This document shows positions 52,245 through 64,000 of a stretch of 64,000 bases of DNA, piece by piece (the first letter of the stretch is position 1; every line of letters begins with the position of its first letter). The DNA is taken from positions 1,800,093 through 1,864,092 of the forward strand of contig OZ199839.1 in NCBI GenBank assembly GCA_964304625.1, given 5' to 3'. The notes beneath the pieces were generated by a model. That model ran no database searches. It was not told the DNA's origin and saw only the letters and a list, made by a program, of their open reading frames with translations. The stretch comes from Kudoa neothunni. Its lineage: Eukaryota > Animalia > Cnidaria. Made by a program: the position numbers and the translations under genes.

Positions 52245-55200
52245 CAGGGGTCGGCAACCCGAATGGGTTGGCGGGCCATAATATATATAAATCATTTAGC
52301 TGTATTGAATTTTTTACAATGCAATTGGATACTGGCTAAAGACATTCGCATTGCGATATTTAAAATGGAAGTGGCTATTCTTACGACGACGATTATCTTT
52401 TTTCTTACTAAAGATATTTTGAATCTGAATTTAAAAACATGTTGTTACATTTTTTTCCTACAAAAATTTAAGTTTTTATAAATTATTATTGCAATAAAAT
52501 TAATACATACATTTTGACCTTATTTCGCCATTACAAGTACTAAAAGTGATTAAAACCAGATCTTCATTAACATTTACGACATTTAAAGCATTTTTGAATC
52601 GAAAAATCACGAAAATTGTGCTAATATAACATCATTTGCAATGGAGACCATTAGCCCACGTGTCAATGTTACGGTTTGGTACGGATTAATTGTTTGAAAT
52701 GGTATCATTTTATAAGATATTTACAGAAAAATAAAACTAATATTAATCAAATTTAGAAATTTTTTCAAGCCAAATAGACGGAACTCAAACAATCATACGT
52801 CATCACTTCATAATTCAAGTTATTTAACATTAAAATATAAATCGAAATACATAATTAGCAACCAATATTTGGGAAATGTCATAATTAATTAACTTTTATT
52901 ATCAACTATCTATTGAAATTTTATTTTTGTTTTTTCTTCGGAAGTCCAATAGTAGTTAATCTGCTACCCCTGGGCCTTCCGACAGACTTGACTTTGGATG
53001 GAATGGGTATATCTAAAAATTTTTTATAATTAATAAAAAATTAGTTACTTTTATATGTATCATTAGTTTTTTCCTGATTCATACTTTTACTAGCAAAGCT
53101 TTCAGCTAAATACATTACCATCAGTTAGTACTATGGTTAGTTTACCGTATTTTTCATCCGTATATTCATCATCTTAGTTTAAATTATATTAATAAAATAT
53201 TTTCATTTACTAAATACTTGTGTAAGACAATTCACTCTCAGGATTGGAGGATATGATTTCAATGAAAGCGTTATCTTCTCTCAAATTTATTTTCACTAAT
53301 ATACTTTACACATTTGCAACAAATAGTAAATAACTTAGTTCATTTATAGTAGACATCATTTTCGTATCATGATTTTTAATGACACATTCAAGTCTTCTAA
53401 AACTCAATGGAAGCTTGAAAATAATCTCCGCAAAACTCTGCAGATGTAGTCGCCAACTTTTTTGTAAGCACTGAAGACAGTCTTAATCTTTGAGAAAAGG
53501 TTTGGATAGTGTCTTTAGGTTTGATTTTTACAACTCCCTCATCATGAAAATCTTTACAATTGTTAACATTTAGAACATTAAGAAATTATTCGCATACTCC
53601 CTAGTCCAACGAGAATGGCACAATGATTCATCAAACAAGTTGATTAAGTTGAGTAAACGTTTTTGTAGAATATGACGACAAGGAAGCTTGAATGCTTTAT
53701 GCATTGAACAATTACAAGAGTTATAACTGGAATTTTCTTCTAAAGTGGCGTCCTTTATTTTTGATAATTCTTCCTGGATTATACTTGAAGAATAGGGCGT
53801 GAGATAATTATGATATTTTATGAAAGTCTCATTATCGTTGGAAGAATCGTATGGTTTTATTAGTTCCATAGCAATGGTGCTTTGCCGCTCAATCCCTTGC
53901 GATTTCAAAAATCTGAAGAAATTGTCGAAAAAATCACTCAAAGTTGAAAACTTTTTCACTACAGTTTTTAGTTTTGCATTAATGGATTCAATTCTGTTAT
54001 TCGTTGTATTATTATAGTAATGCTCAGCCATACTTAATCCAATTATCCATTCCTGGTAAATGGGTAGCCAATTCTTTTTGAAATAATCATTAAGTTCCTC
54101 AACTCCGAGGTCAAAAAGTTCACAACATAGGCGGTCAAAATTGTCCATGTTCTAGACATAAGTCATTTTTTCTAATATTTGAAGAATAAGTGTTTTTGTT
54201 TCTGTTGTTATACCATACTTTCCGACTTTTATTTCCCGCTGGAACGCTTGTAATACATGGAATTTACATAGTATCAACTTTGTAGAAGGAAATACGAAAC
54301 TTAAACATTTTCGTAACAAATGGTCTTTGTCAGTTATTATTGACATCGTTTTGGATTGTAACCACGGTGCAACATCTAACAATTCGTTCAGAAACCATGT
54401 TATGGCTTCTGCTGTCCCCTCATATAAAATACAGGCACAAGTGATATGGGTTAAACCAAAAGAGTCTTGAGATGCAGTTAAATAAAGAGGAGCTCTACAA
54501 ATACAATCGTCATTTGTTATAAAATAGCGTTTCGTACCTTGAATCCAACAGCTTTAAGTGGCATCTATGAATAATAGCTCAGGAAAACATTCAAGAACAT
54601 GGAGCATTTCGTTATCCACGAAGAAAATTCCATTGACAGAATTTTCATTAGCAAGAATTTTAACTCAGCAATTATAATCATTTTTCAATATCGTAATAAC
54701 GGAATCATTATTTTTCGGTTCGACGATAGAAACAGTCCGTACATTATGGATAGATTTTAATGTAATTTCCTCGCCGGTTTCTTCGCTTAACTTAAACTGA
54801 ATTAACCTTTTATTTGCTCCTAATGATATTAACTCCGATATCATTGGATCATCAAGGTTAATTCTTCTTTGTGGAGGAAGGTTTTCGAACATTCTTTGAT
54901 CGCAGGAATGGTTATGGATTAAATTTAGCGATTTCACCTCCAAAAAGTTACCGTCCACAGTGTTCCGGAGCGAGATACTAAATGGGCATTTCTTCTTAAA
55001 TGATAATTTGTTTCTATCTCCACTGCTTTTGCGTTTGTAAGGAACACCAAAGAAACACACGTAATTAATGTCATAATAAACCAACTGAAAATTTATGGAT
55101 CTGTTTACTCTTCGTTGTGCATTTGAAATTTTTCTCGAATGTCTAATTTTTAAATTGTAAAAATGTTTTTCTTCGTATTCTTTCACTTTAATTTGTAACT

Positions 55201-58200
55201 TTTCATATGAATCAAATTTCATTCCAATAAAGAAGTCAGCAGACTGTTCACAATCCATGATTTCCATAATACTGCGCAACATAACGTTTTTATTTTAACA
55301 TGTTTGGGGATATTAACAGACTCGGAAACAAATTGTTAATATATGTAATGAATTACTAGTAAATATTATATTTTTTGAGATAATTAATATTATCAGGTTT
55401 TATCATTTTGTTAAAATTATGCCGTGTAATTATGTGGTGTAGGAAATAATCATTTTATCTAATTTTTAAGACAATAATACTAATAAAATTTATTTAATGT
55501 AATTACTATGAAATACAATTAACCTCAATATCTTTCCAGATACTTAACCTGAAAAATATATATCATTTTGGACGAAATAATAGGCAGTTATTATGTCGCT
55601 ATACTCACCAAGATACATGAAGTACGTTTTAAACAAATAGAACAAATTAGATTATTAATTTTAAAAATAAGCTTTTAAAATTGCATTTTGGATCTAAATG
55701 TAATTAAAATATGATGTAGTTCGTGACGCAATAATCGAATGAGGTCTTAACATTGACACGTGGGCCAATGGCCTCCATTGCAAATGAAGTTACATTAGCA
55801 CAATTTTCATGATTTTTCGATTCAAAAATGCTTTAAATGTCGTAAATGTTAATGAAAATCTGGTTTTAATCATTTTTAGTACTTGTAATGGCGAAATAAG
55901 GTCAAAATGTATGTATTAATTTTATTGCAATAATAATTTATAAAAACTTAAATTTTTGTAGGAAAAAAATGTAACAACATGTTTTTAAATTTAGATTTAA
56001 AATATCTTTAGTAAGAAAAAAGATAATCGTCGTCGTAAGAATAGCCAGTGCCATTTAAAATTATATCGTTTCAGTGCGACGCGAGAAAAACAAACTAATT
56101 TTCTAAATTTATTCGTAAAATTGATATATAATAATTAATGAGAAATTTGTTTTCTTCGCTACTTCAGAGATAGAAATATCCAGCTTCGTTGTGGAGAGCA
56201 ACAAGATGTTATCGAGATGGTCATCACGTAACCTACTCCGCAACGTACTTTTGGTATATTTTAATTTCGAGTTTTCCAATAAATTTTTGATTTTCCAGTC
56301 GGCAATAGACAGTTTCTGTAAAAGTTTATAGTAGACACTCCCAAAAATTTCGACTCCAGATCATTATCTGATTGCAGGTCAATTATTTCTAATTGATACC
56401 TTTCATCTATTTCTTCTACGTCGATTCCATATGGGATACTGAAAAGTTCAAAATTATGTTTGCAATTTCGAAAGTCGTGAAATCGAGAAGAAAATTCATT
56501 CCTTAAACCAGTAACATCGGCTGAAAACAAATCATCTTGTATATCGTTTTTATGATTTTGTAAGTTAGGAAAATGAGAACAATTACCCCTTGGAAGCTGT
56601 TTTTCCAAAGTTGAAGTTTTCTTTCAATGGAGGTGACTTGATAAAACATGTCGACACAAGTTTGTTTTTTCCATGGAGCTCTAGATTTAAGTTATTAACG
56701 TGATTGGAAATATCAGTCAAAAATGCCAATTTAGCAAGCCACTGTGGATCTCGAAAACAAGAGTTGTCTTGATTTTTAGCTGCTAGAAAATCGGAAATCT
56801 CATTTCTTAAAACATACACTCTGTAACATGTTTCCGCAACTCGGCCATCTAATATTAGAAAAGTATGTCATATCACCGTATTCAGTTTCCAAGTCGTTCA
56901 AAAATTCTTTAAATTGACGATGATACAGGTCTTTGGATAAAATAAAATTTACAGATTCTATAACAGACGTCATAACTTTTTCAAAAGGTAATGACTTGGC
57001 GCATAGTGTGTCTTGGTGAAGAATACAATATAGTTTAATAAGACCTCTATTATTACCTACATAATTATCCAGCAAAACAACAAAACCATTTTTTTCATCT
57101 ACCATTTCTGGTGCTCCATCCGTTGTAACCCCAATTAATTTTGACGTGTTAAGGTTAATTTCATGATATAATGGAATATATTTTTTCCTGTTGTAATGCT
57201 TTTCATTGGAATTAGTTTCGAAAATTCTTCAACAATTTCCAATTGTGATGTTACACCCCTCATAAAAACTGCAAGTTATGCGGTATCCGTCATACCGGTA
57301 GTTTCGTCGATGGCAATGAAAAAATATTCAAGGCGTTCGAAAGCATTTATTAGGTTAGTTCTTACAGTTCCTGCTATATCCTCGATACGTCTCGCAACAG
57401 TTCTTCCTGATAGACTGATTTCGGCAAACAATTTTTTTTCTTAGGGCATACTATTTTAGAAACTCTTAATAGCATTGTTTTGAAAAATTCTCCATCAGTA
57501 AAAGGCTTCATCCTTTTCGCAATCAAATTTAATATTTCATAACTAGCCAAAGTAATTTTACAATTATTTTCAACTTGATTTGCAAAAAATGATGATTGTT
57601 TTGTCAAGTTTTTTTCATACGCTCTATTTCTTTTTACCTTTCTAGTTCTGTAAATTCGTCGTAACGATTGTGATGAGTTTCGTAGAGTCTTTTAACATTA
57701 GTAATTTTTTTAACTGCGACACTTCCATGGCAAATTAAACACAGACATCTATCAAAATGCTCAACAAAAAAGTATTTTATTGTCCAATCTTCTTTGAAAG
57801 TTCTTTTTTTAGAAACAACTTTTCTTGTTCTGCCTCCCATTTCAACGAATTTAACACGCGAGGGAGATTAACAAGTTCAAGCACGTGTATCATTAAATTT
57901 TGACATATTCAATAACAGCACAACAATAGGTGTCCATAATATCCTACTTGCTTTTAATTTTTATTTTGTATCTTATCATCGAGTGAATAATCGTTGAAAC
58001 GTCGCTGTTATAAATTTGGAAAATTCATACGCTGCAGCCAAGTACAAATATAGCTAGTACTCGACGTTTTTTACGTAGAAATGACTAATTTTATATAATT
58101 CCTTATTTCAAAGTTGACTTCATTTCTGTTTAACTTAATATTTTCTATGATTAAACGATGAGTCGAAATTGCAAAAATCAATAATTAAATCTTCCCTTCC

Positions 58201-58464
58201 TCCACAACAGGACTAGCACCATAAAATTAATAATACTACTAAAAAAACTGATGTTGTTAAAAATATTATAACTTTTATTTTGTTTTGTAGACATTCTATT
58301 TAAAAAAGAGGATAATATATAATTAGCTTCGTTTAATTTGCTATTAAACATCTTTATGCGATGAAATGATCGATTATAAAAATTGAAGAAATTATACAAT
58401 CTCTATCGGTCAAACAAAATTTTTATCACTGAAAGCCTCGCAGGCCGGTCGTTGCCGATCCTTG
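52245..58464 (-). mobile_element. hAT/Buster (GTF2IRD2/EPM2AIP1/SPIN-like) transposon, decayed, with nested MULE
   Basis: TIR CAGGGGTCGGCAAC / GTTGCCGATCCTTG; TSD ATTTAAAA / ATTTAAAC; 'RTFKEDWTIKYFF..CLIC','KPFTDGEF','AIDETT','TTDGAPEM','CILHQDTLC','LAFLTDI'. Confidence 0.9.
52367..56052 (-). mobile_element. MULE (FAR1/ZSWIM3-like) with 305-bp TIRs and perfect 9-bp TSD
   Basis: TIRs 52367-52671 and 55748-56052 with scattered mismatches; TSD ATTTAAAAT on both sides; 'ITDKD','LCKFHVLQ','NTTNNRIES', SWIM 'CNCSMHKAFKLPCRH'; paralogue of 6419-9982. Confidence 0.93.
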
Positions 58465-59739
58465 ATTTAAACTATGGGCCATAGAGCTCTTTAAGTTAGG
58501 CACTACTTTATTTATGTGCATATGCCACAAAATTGCCTAAAACATTTATATTGTGTAATTCTTGGGACCGAGAAAAAATTACGCAGTATCGGATCCCGAC
58601 TATAAATTGAATATTCAAGTACTAATTTTTTATGATTAAAAGTGTAATTAGTTATCGTCCGAATTAATTACATTTAAATGGAAAATGTATTGTAAGCATT
58701 GATATTATGTCATGGCGAGTTATATTCAAACAAAATTTGGTATTTCACATTTAAGTTTATTGAATTTACGCGAATACATGCTACAACATTCGTTCATATT
58801 CTTTATAAATAGAGAGAAGTTACTAATAAAAAAATATTGCGTGTTCGTTGAATTGAATTGAATATTACGGTAGAATTGACAAGTACTAGTAAACGTGTCT
58901 TTTTATTGATGATATTTATGAACTCAAAAAGTTAAATTAATGAAACTAACCAATATTAAATACTATAAATATAAAAATATTATAAAAAAAATCAGATGTA
59001 AGTAACTTGTGTCATTAATTAAAAAGAATGAGTGATGTATCGATGCAGGACTAACATGACGATTTAATAACACTTGCCTAAAGAGTGATATTAAAAATCG
59101 AAAATTCTTGGTAAACTTAGTTCTAAATAGTATTTATCAATTAATAAATTAAAATTAATTCGGAAAAAATGTCAATAATTATACGATTTATACGTATAAT
59201 ACTGGATATTAATATTAATGAAGAATAGTTGAGATTATTAACGATTAATTCGATTAAACATTTACAATATTTACGTGGGTCACCTGATATTTCAAAAAAT
59301 TTGGGCCACAGCTAAAAAGGTTGGGAAACATTGCGTTAAAGATTAATTTTGTTAAACAAGTTGACTTCCTAATGTTTAATCTATAAAGTAGTGATTTTTG
59401 TCATTACAATAATGGTAAATGAGACCTAGGATTTCTATAAAAACCTCCAAGATATCTTTCTGTAATGCCCCTTGAGGATTAAACCCAGCCAAATAGAAAG
59501 AGAACAAGATTAAGTTTGAAGCTTATTTAGATAATAATTAATAAGTCTCCAAATAAAATCACTAATTAAACAAATCACAATAAACTTATTTAACAGTATA
59601 TAGCTACATTTAGATGTGAAAAAAATTTTTGGGAGATAAGATAGCTGTTCACCAACTATCAATTATTCACATAGTGGTGGGTGAAAGTGGATGATAATAA
59701 TTCCGAGAATGTGTACCATCTTTCTCAAAACAGCGTTCA

Positions 59740-62700
59740 TCATACGCCAGCGTTAATAAAGGTTGATAGTCTAGTGGTGAGACTACGAAGTTTTCGGAGA
59801 CAATCATCACGCTTTCTTGGGTCAACTATGCGGGAAGAAAGTTGTTTTTGAACAATTGCTCCCAGCTCACAGAAGTAATTGACTTTGATTTTTCTAGAGC
59901 GGAAATTAAATACAGCCAACAACTACTACAATAGACTACAATTTCGTATTACTGCCACGAGTATCGGTTCTAGTAATCATAGCGAGAGACCTTTGAAATT
60001 CTTCGCAACTGAACACAAATTCCATAAAGCTGAGAGCACATAACACTGGATAGGAGATGTTGTTCTGTTTATGGTAAGATAAATCCTATTATGAAAATAT
60101 TTAGAAAAAAATATCATCTATTTAATAAAGGCCAGTCGTGAAATAACTGAGGAGGTATTACATTTACAGGGTCGCATAACAACTTAATATAGAATTCGAT
60201 GATTTTGAACATTTCCATTTGGATTGCTAGCATTAGTTGATAACACCAGTTGTATTCAAGCGCATACTGGCAGGAGTAAATATGAACAATTCTGAATATG
60301 TCGTCTAAAATGAACGAACCGATTGAATTGCATATTATTAGCGCGAATACACTTACAAAGAGGAAAAAAGAGTGGACTTTCAACGCGAAAACATTTAAAA
60401 ATATCTTTCAACGAGTTCTTTACAATATTACCGCGTGATGAGTTGTCAAAATCGAATGAAGCTTTGAGTTCGGACGGTACCTTTTTGTTAGTGAGGCTTG
60501 GCGCGTCAGGTCTCAGAACAAGGTAAAATTCTTTAAAAAAAGAATTTTGGTCATCACTATCAATACTGAATTTAATTACCTCTTTCAATTACTGATTTCC
60601 ACAATTGGATCAAATAGTCATCTTGAGTAGATACGCCCAGCTGGATGAGTGACATCAATTTCGAGCAATGCAGTCCATACGGCTCCACAATTTTATTGAT
60701 CAACTCCAAATAACCGAATACCGAATGTGAAAGTGTTTTCAGAAGTTGATTCGAAGCTGATGTAGGTATAAACAGATTTATTCGTTTCACCTCATCATAC
60801 ACAAACAATTGCATTTTTGCTGCCTAAAAAAATGTAAATTATGAATGTTTGAGAAATAAGACAGTCAAATACACACCCAAGAAATTTGTATATAAAAATA
60901 CATAAATTGGGAATAAAATAATATTGGAAATCATTTAATATAACAAGGCAGCGATAAAATCGGACATTTTTATTTTTTTATAATAAATACGCGAGTTTTT
61001 ACTATCACACAGAATTCTCAGAAAAGCACATAAAGTTAAGTCATCGATGCGGAACAATTTAATAAAACGTTTATTTGTATTTAATATACATATGATTGTT
61101 TTACAACATAAAATAACTAACCAAACTAAAAATAATTAAGTTTAATTAAAATAGAAATAATGGGTTATGACAATACAGCAGAATTGTTAGCATGGCGCAA
61201 TTAAAATATTCGAATATTATTTCCATAATCCCCTGTTACGCTAACAAATACTATATTCATAACTATTTAATATTATTACCATTAAAAGTAAGAAAATTTT
61301 ATGAAAACGCATGGGCTAATAAAGATGAAACAATATATTACACACTCTAAATTTTAGAAAAAAGATATGGCCTTATAAATTATTTAAGCTACAAGAAAGC
61401 GAAAGTAATTTGGGTCATAATTGGTTAACTTATTCATAAAATAAAATATCTAAGTTATTTTATTGTTACTCTGGAATTGAGCTATATTTACTAAAATTGC
61501 GATCATAACGTACATAATTGAAGACTTAACACGGCTTAATGATAAGGTCTGCATGAGAGAAGGGGGAAGAATTTGTAAAACTTAAAGTTTTAAATTATGA
61601 AAATTCGACATTCAATCAGAAGAAAATTTCTCCTTTTTTAAAATGAATTTGAATATTCAAAATCGTGCATAATGTAAAAAATCTAATTATATTTTATCGG
61701 CTCATTATTTGCTTAATAAATAACATGATATTGTCAAAATATCATAGATATACACAAAAAGAAGCATATTCGATAAAAAATTCATTTAAGTCTATGCGTG
61801 CGAAAATCATCCTTATTGAGATTCCTCACAATGTTGTTGCGTATAAACTCTTTCCTCCTAAAAATGATCTAACGTCAAAATTTGGCTCTAGTACATTATT
61901 ACTTTATCGTTCATAACACTGATAGATAATAAAAGATAATGGCAATAATAAATTAGATAGAATCAAGGTTATTTTATGTGAATTATTGCTGTTATTCAAA
62001 AATGTAAAATTACAATATTCACAAATCCTCACATTTCTGCATCAATTTATTTGAAAAAATTCAAAAAAAATGTCCTGCAACACAAATAGGAATTTATCGT
62101 GATCAGGTTTATTCTATTGAGGAGACTAAATAATTATGCACAGGATAATTACTTAATCAGAAATAAAAATAAACTAAAAACTGATGAGTTTCGAATATAT
62201 TTAATTATTTCAGATTTAAAAGGTGTGGCGCTAGTAAGGAATAATTAAATATTGCTGATTTTAAAAATTAAAGTGCGTACTTTGCTTAAAAATCAAAAAT
62301 CGTCGGGATTAAAAAACATGAACAAACAAATAATTAGGATTAAACTCTTCATCAAGAACAGTCAGAGCTTTTACAAAAACTGTTTTCATCGACACACAAA
62401 ATTAATCTTATATTGAACAGACGCAAGGCGCTATCCATATTTTTCTTCATAATCAATAATTACAAGTTAACTTTTTAAATAAGGGGTCTCCAAAGTGATC
62501 GATAATTACGTTAGGGGTCGAATGTGGATCGATAAGTGTTATAAAGATCCAATGGATTTTATGGGCTTTTAAAGTAATGCTTCCCATCTTCCTACTCCAT
62601 ACCACATTATTTAATTGTATTAATTGATACTATCCCATGACATTTGTTTTTTATTTTTAAGTTAAAATCAAACGCCACCTTTCTTAATTATGTAATTCAA

Positions 62701-64000
62701 TGTTTTTCAGTTAAGTAGAGATACTTCGTAGCTCATACAAACTAGTGAATACACTAGCTTTATTCTTCTTAAATATTAATGACCAACAGTACTCATTGTT
62801 ATTAACAATTTACAAAACAATAACGATAGTTTATACTAAGTTTATAATCGACTAAGAAGGATAAGTCTAATTTTTAAAATTGATTTGAATCTTAATTACA
62901 AAAGCTACGGAAATAAATACAATAAATTGAAAATGTCGTTAGAATCCTTGCGGACACTTCAAAAACTCTTCACGTGCCCTCAAGCTAAGGAACATAATCT
63001 TGGTGTAAAGATTAAGATATTCTTATTAACTTTTCTATATATGTGTAAATTAATCTTAAAATCTGCAGTTGTATTTATAAACGTGCAAAAGTATGTAACT
63101 ATAATCATATACAACGATCTAATTTGGTAGGTCAATTGAATATGACGAAAAATAGGTTCATTGTGGTAAATTCTCCAATATAGTTGATTTTTGTCATGAC
63201 TTGATTATACATATCAGCGTATGTCTCCAAATTCCAAAAAATTTTGTAATATATTTTGATGTTACATCGTTAATAAAAGCTTTTTGGGGGGTTAATATAA
63301 TTTAGCATTTTATTATATGTTGGAAATAGAATATTAATGGGATATATTACACATATTTTTAATTGTTCAAGTCAAAAAAATGAATGTACTCTAATATTTT
63401 TAATAAAATCTCTGAAAGGGGTCGACGAAAAAAAAAGTTCGGAGACCCCTGCTTTAAATTAATTATAATCAACATTACATCCAAAAAATTGAATCATCAA
63501 GTATTAAGTAACATTACTTTTTACTAATGTCAATTGATTGAAAAATGATTATTAAGTAAATCTGAGAGATTAATTCCAATCGCCACACATACCAGTTATG
63601 AATAAATCATATCAAAATCAACACGAGATTATTATTATTATTACGGAAAAAATAATATTATATCAAATAATTGAATCAGCGCATAATTAAGTGTTAATTC
63701 GGTGAATGATGATAGTCTGGTGAATAATTACTTTGATTAAAGTTTCACATTCGACCAAAAAATGTGATGCTCGTTCCGATTTTTCATTCGTCGATGACAT
63801 AAAAATTGAATGATCAGCAACATTATTCTTGAGGTAAATCATAGCCCGGCCGAGATAGTCGAGTCGGTCTTGAATAGTGATGTTAAAAGTGTTGTAGTTG
63901 GTCGGTTGGTTTATTATAGACATATCACAATTAGTCCTTATTTTCTCGTGAGTGTATAACGAGTTGGAATTTTTGCTCCAACTGTTGATATGAGATATCA
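59740..64000 (-). CDS. NUP155: Nucleoporin NUP155/Nup170-like gene, 3' exons (continues beyond window)
   Basis: Exons approx. 64000-63732, 60823-60580, 60530-60357, 60304-60168, 60085-~59940, ~59895-59740 with GT-AG introns (last junction uncertain). Peptides 'ITIQDRLDYLGRAM','FLVECETLIK|AAKMQL','EPYGLHCSKL...LWKSVIER','LFFPL','NYFCEL','LRSLTTRL*' are colinear with the animal NUP155 C-terminus as I recall it (ISLQQRLEYIARA, FLHELEEKMEVARIQL, DPFKLAECKL..LWQDIIEK, RFFPL). Confidence 0.75.
62481..63451. mobile_element. Non-autonomous hAT/Buster element inside the 2.9-kb NUP155-like intron
   Basis: TIR (A/C)AGGGGTCTCC(A/G)AA at both ends; TSD TTTTAAAT / CTTTAAAT. Confidence 0.75.

Noticed and set aside
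52367-56052. Third anomalous palindrome
   Set aside because: Ordinary long MULE TIRs bounded by a perfect 9-bp TSD; used as a control instead.
59300-59340. AAAAGGTTGGGAAACATTG as partner TIR of the hAT at 684, making a ~58-kb element
   Set aside because: Flanks differ (ATCTAAAC vs CGTTAAAG); more likely an orphan end of another Buster copy.

Overview
AT-rich eukaryotic DNA with spliceosomal GT-AG introns of about 43-82 nt, made up mostly of nested, decayed transposable elements. At least ten groups are present: hAT (Buster- and Ac-type), two kinds of MULE, Merlin/ISXO2-like, IS630/Tc1-like, mariner, Helitron, Gypsy, BEL/Pao, an R2-group REL non-LTR element and a tRNA-derived SINE. Only two host genes are evident. 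One is a two-exon, ~2,070-aa type-I membrane protein with a huge coiled-coil ectodomain (28784-35039, +). The other is the 3' part of a very divergent NUP155-like gene (59740-64000, -). The most unusual structures are two kb-scale near-perfect inverted repeats. (1) A 7.8-kb palindrome (4315-12086) has two apparently identical 2,387-bp arms, each a dead hAT plus a MULE TIR, around a MULE transposase. (2) A Helitron RepHel element (45443-51313) has a CTAG 3'-type terminus at both ends and ~1.35-kb terminal inverted arms, near-identical over the outer ~850 bp and strongly diverged over the inner ~500 bp. The host may be a TE-rich parasitic animal such as a myxozoan, but this is inference only. 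All family assignments come from motifs recognised by eye, not from database searches.
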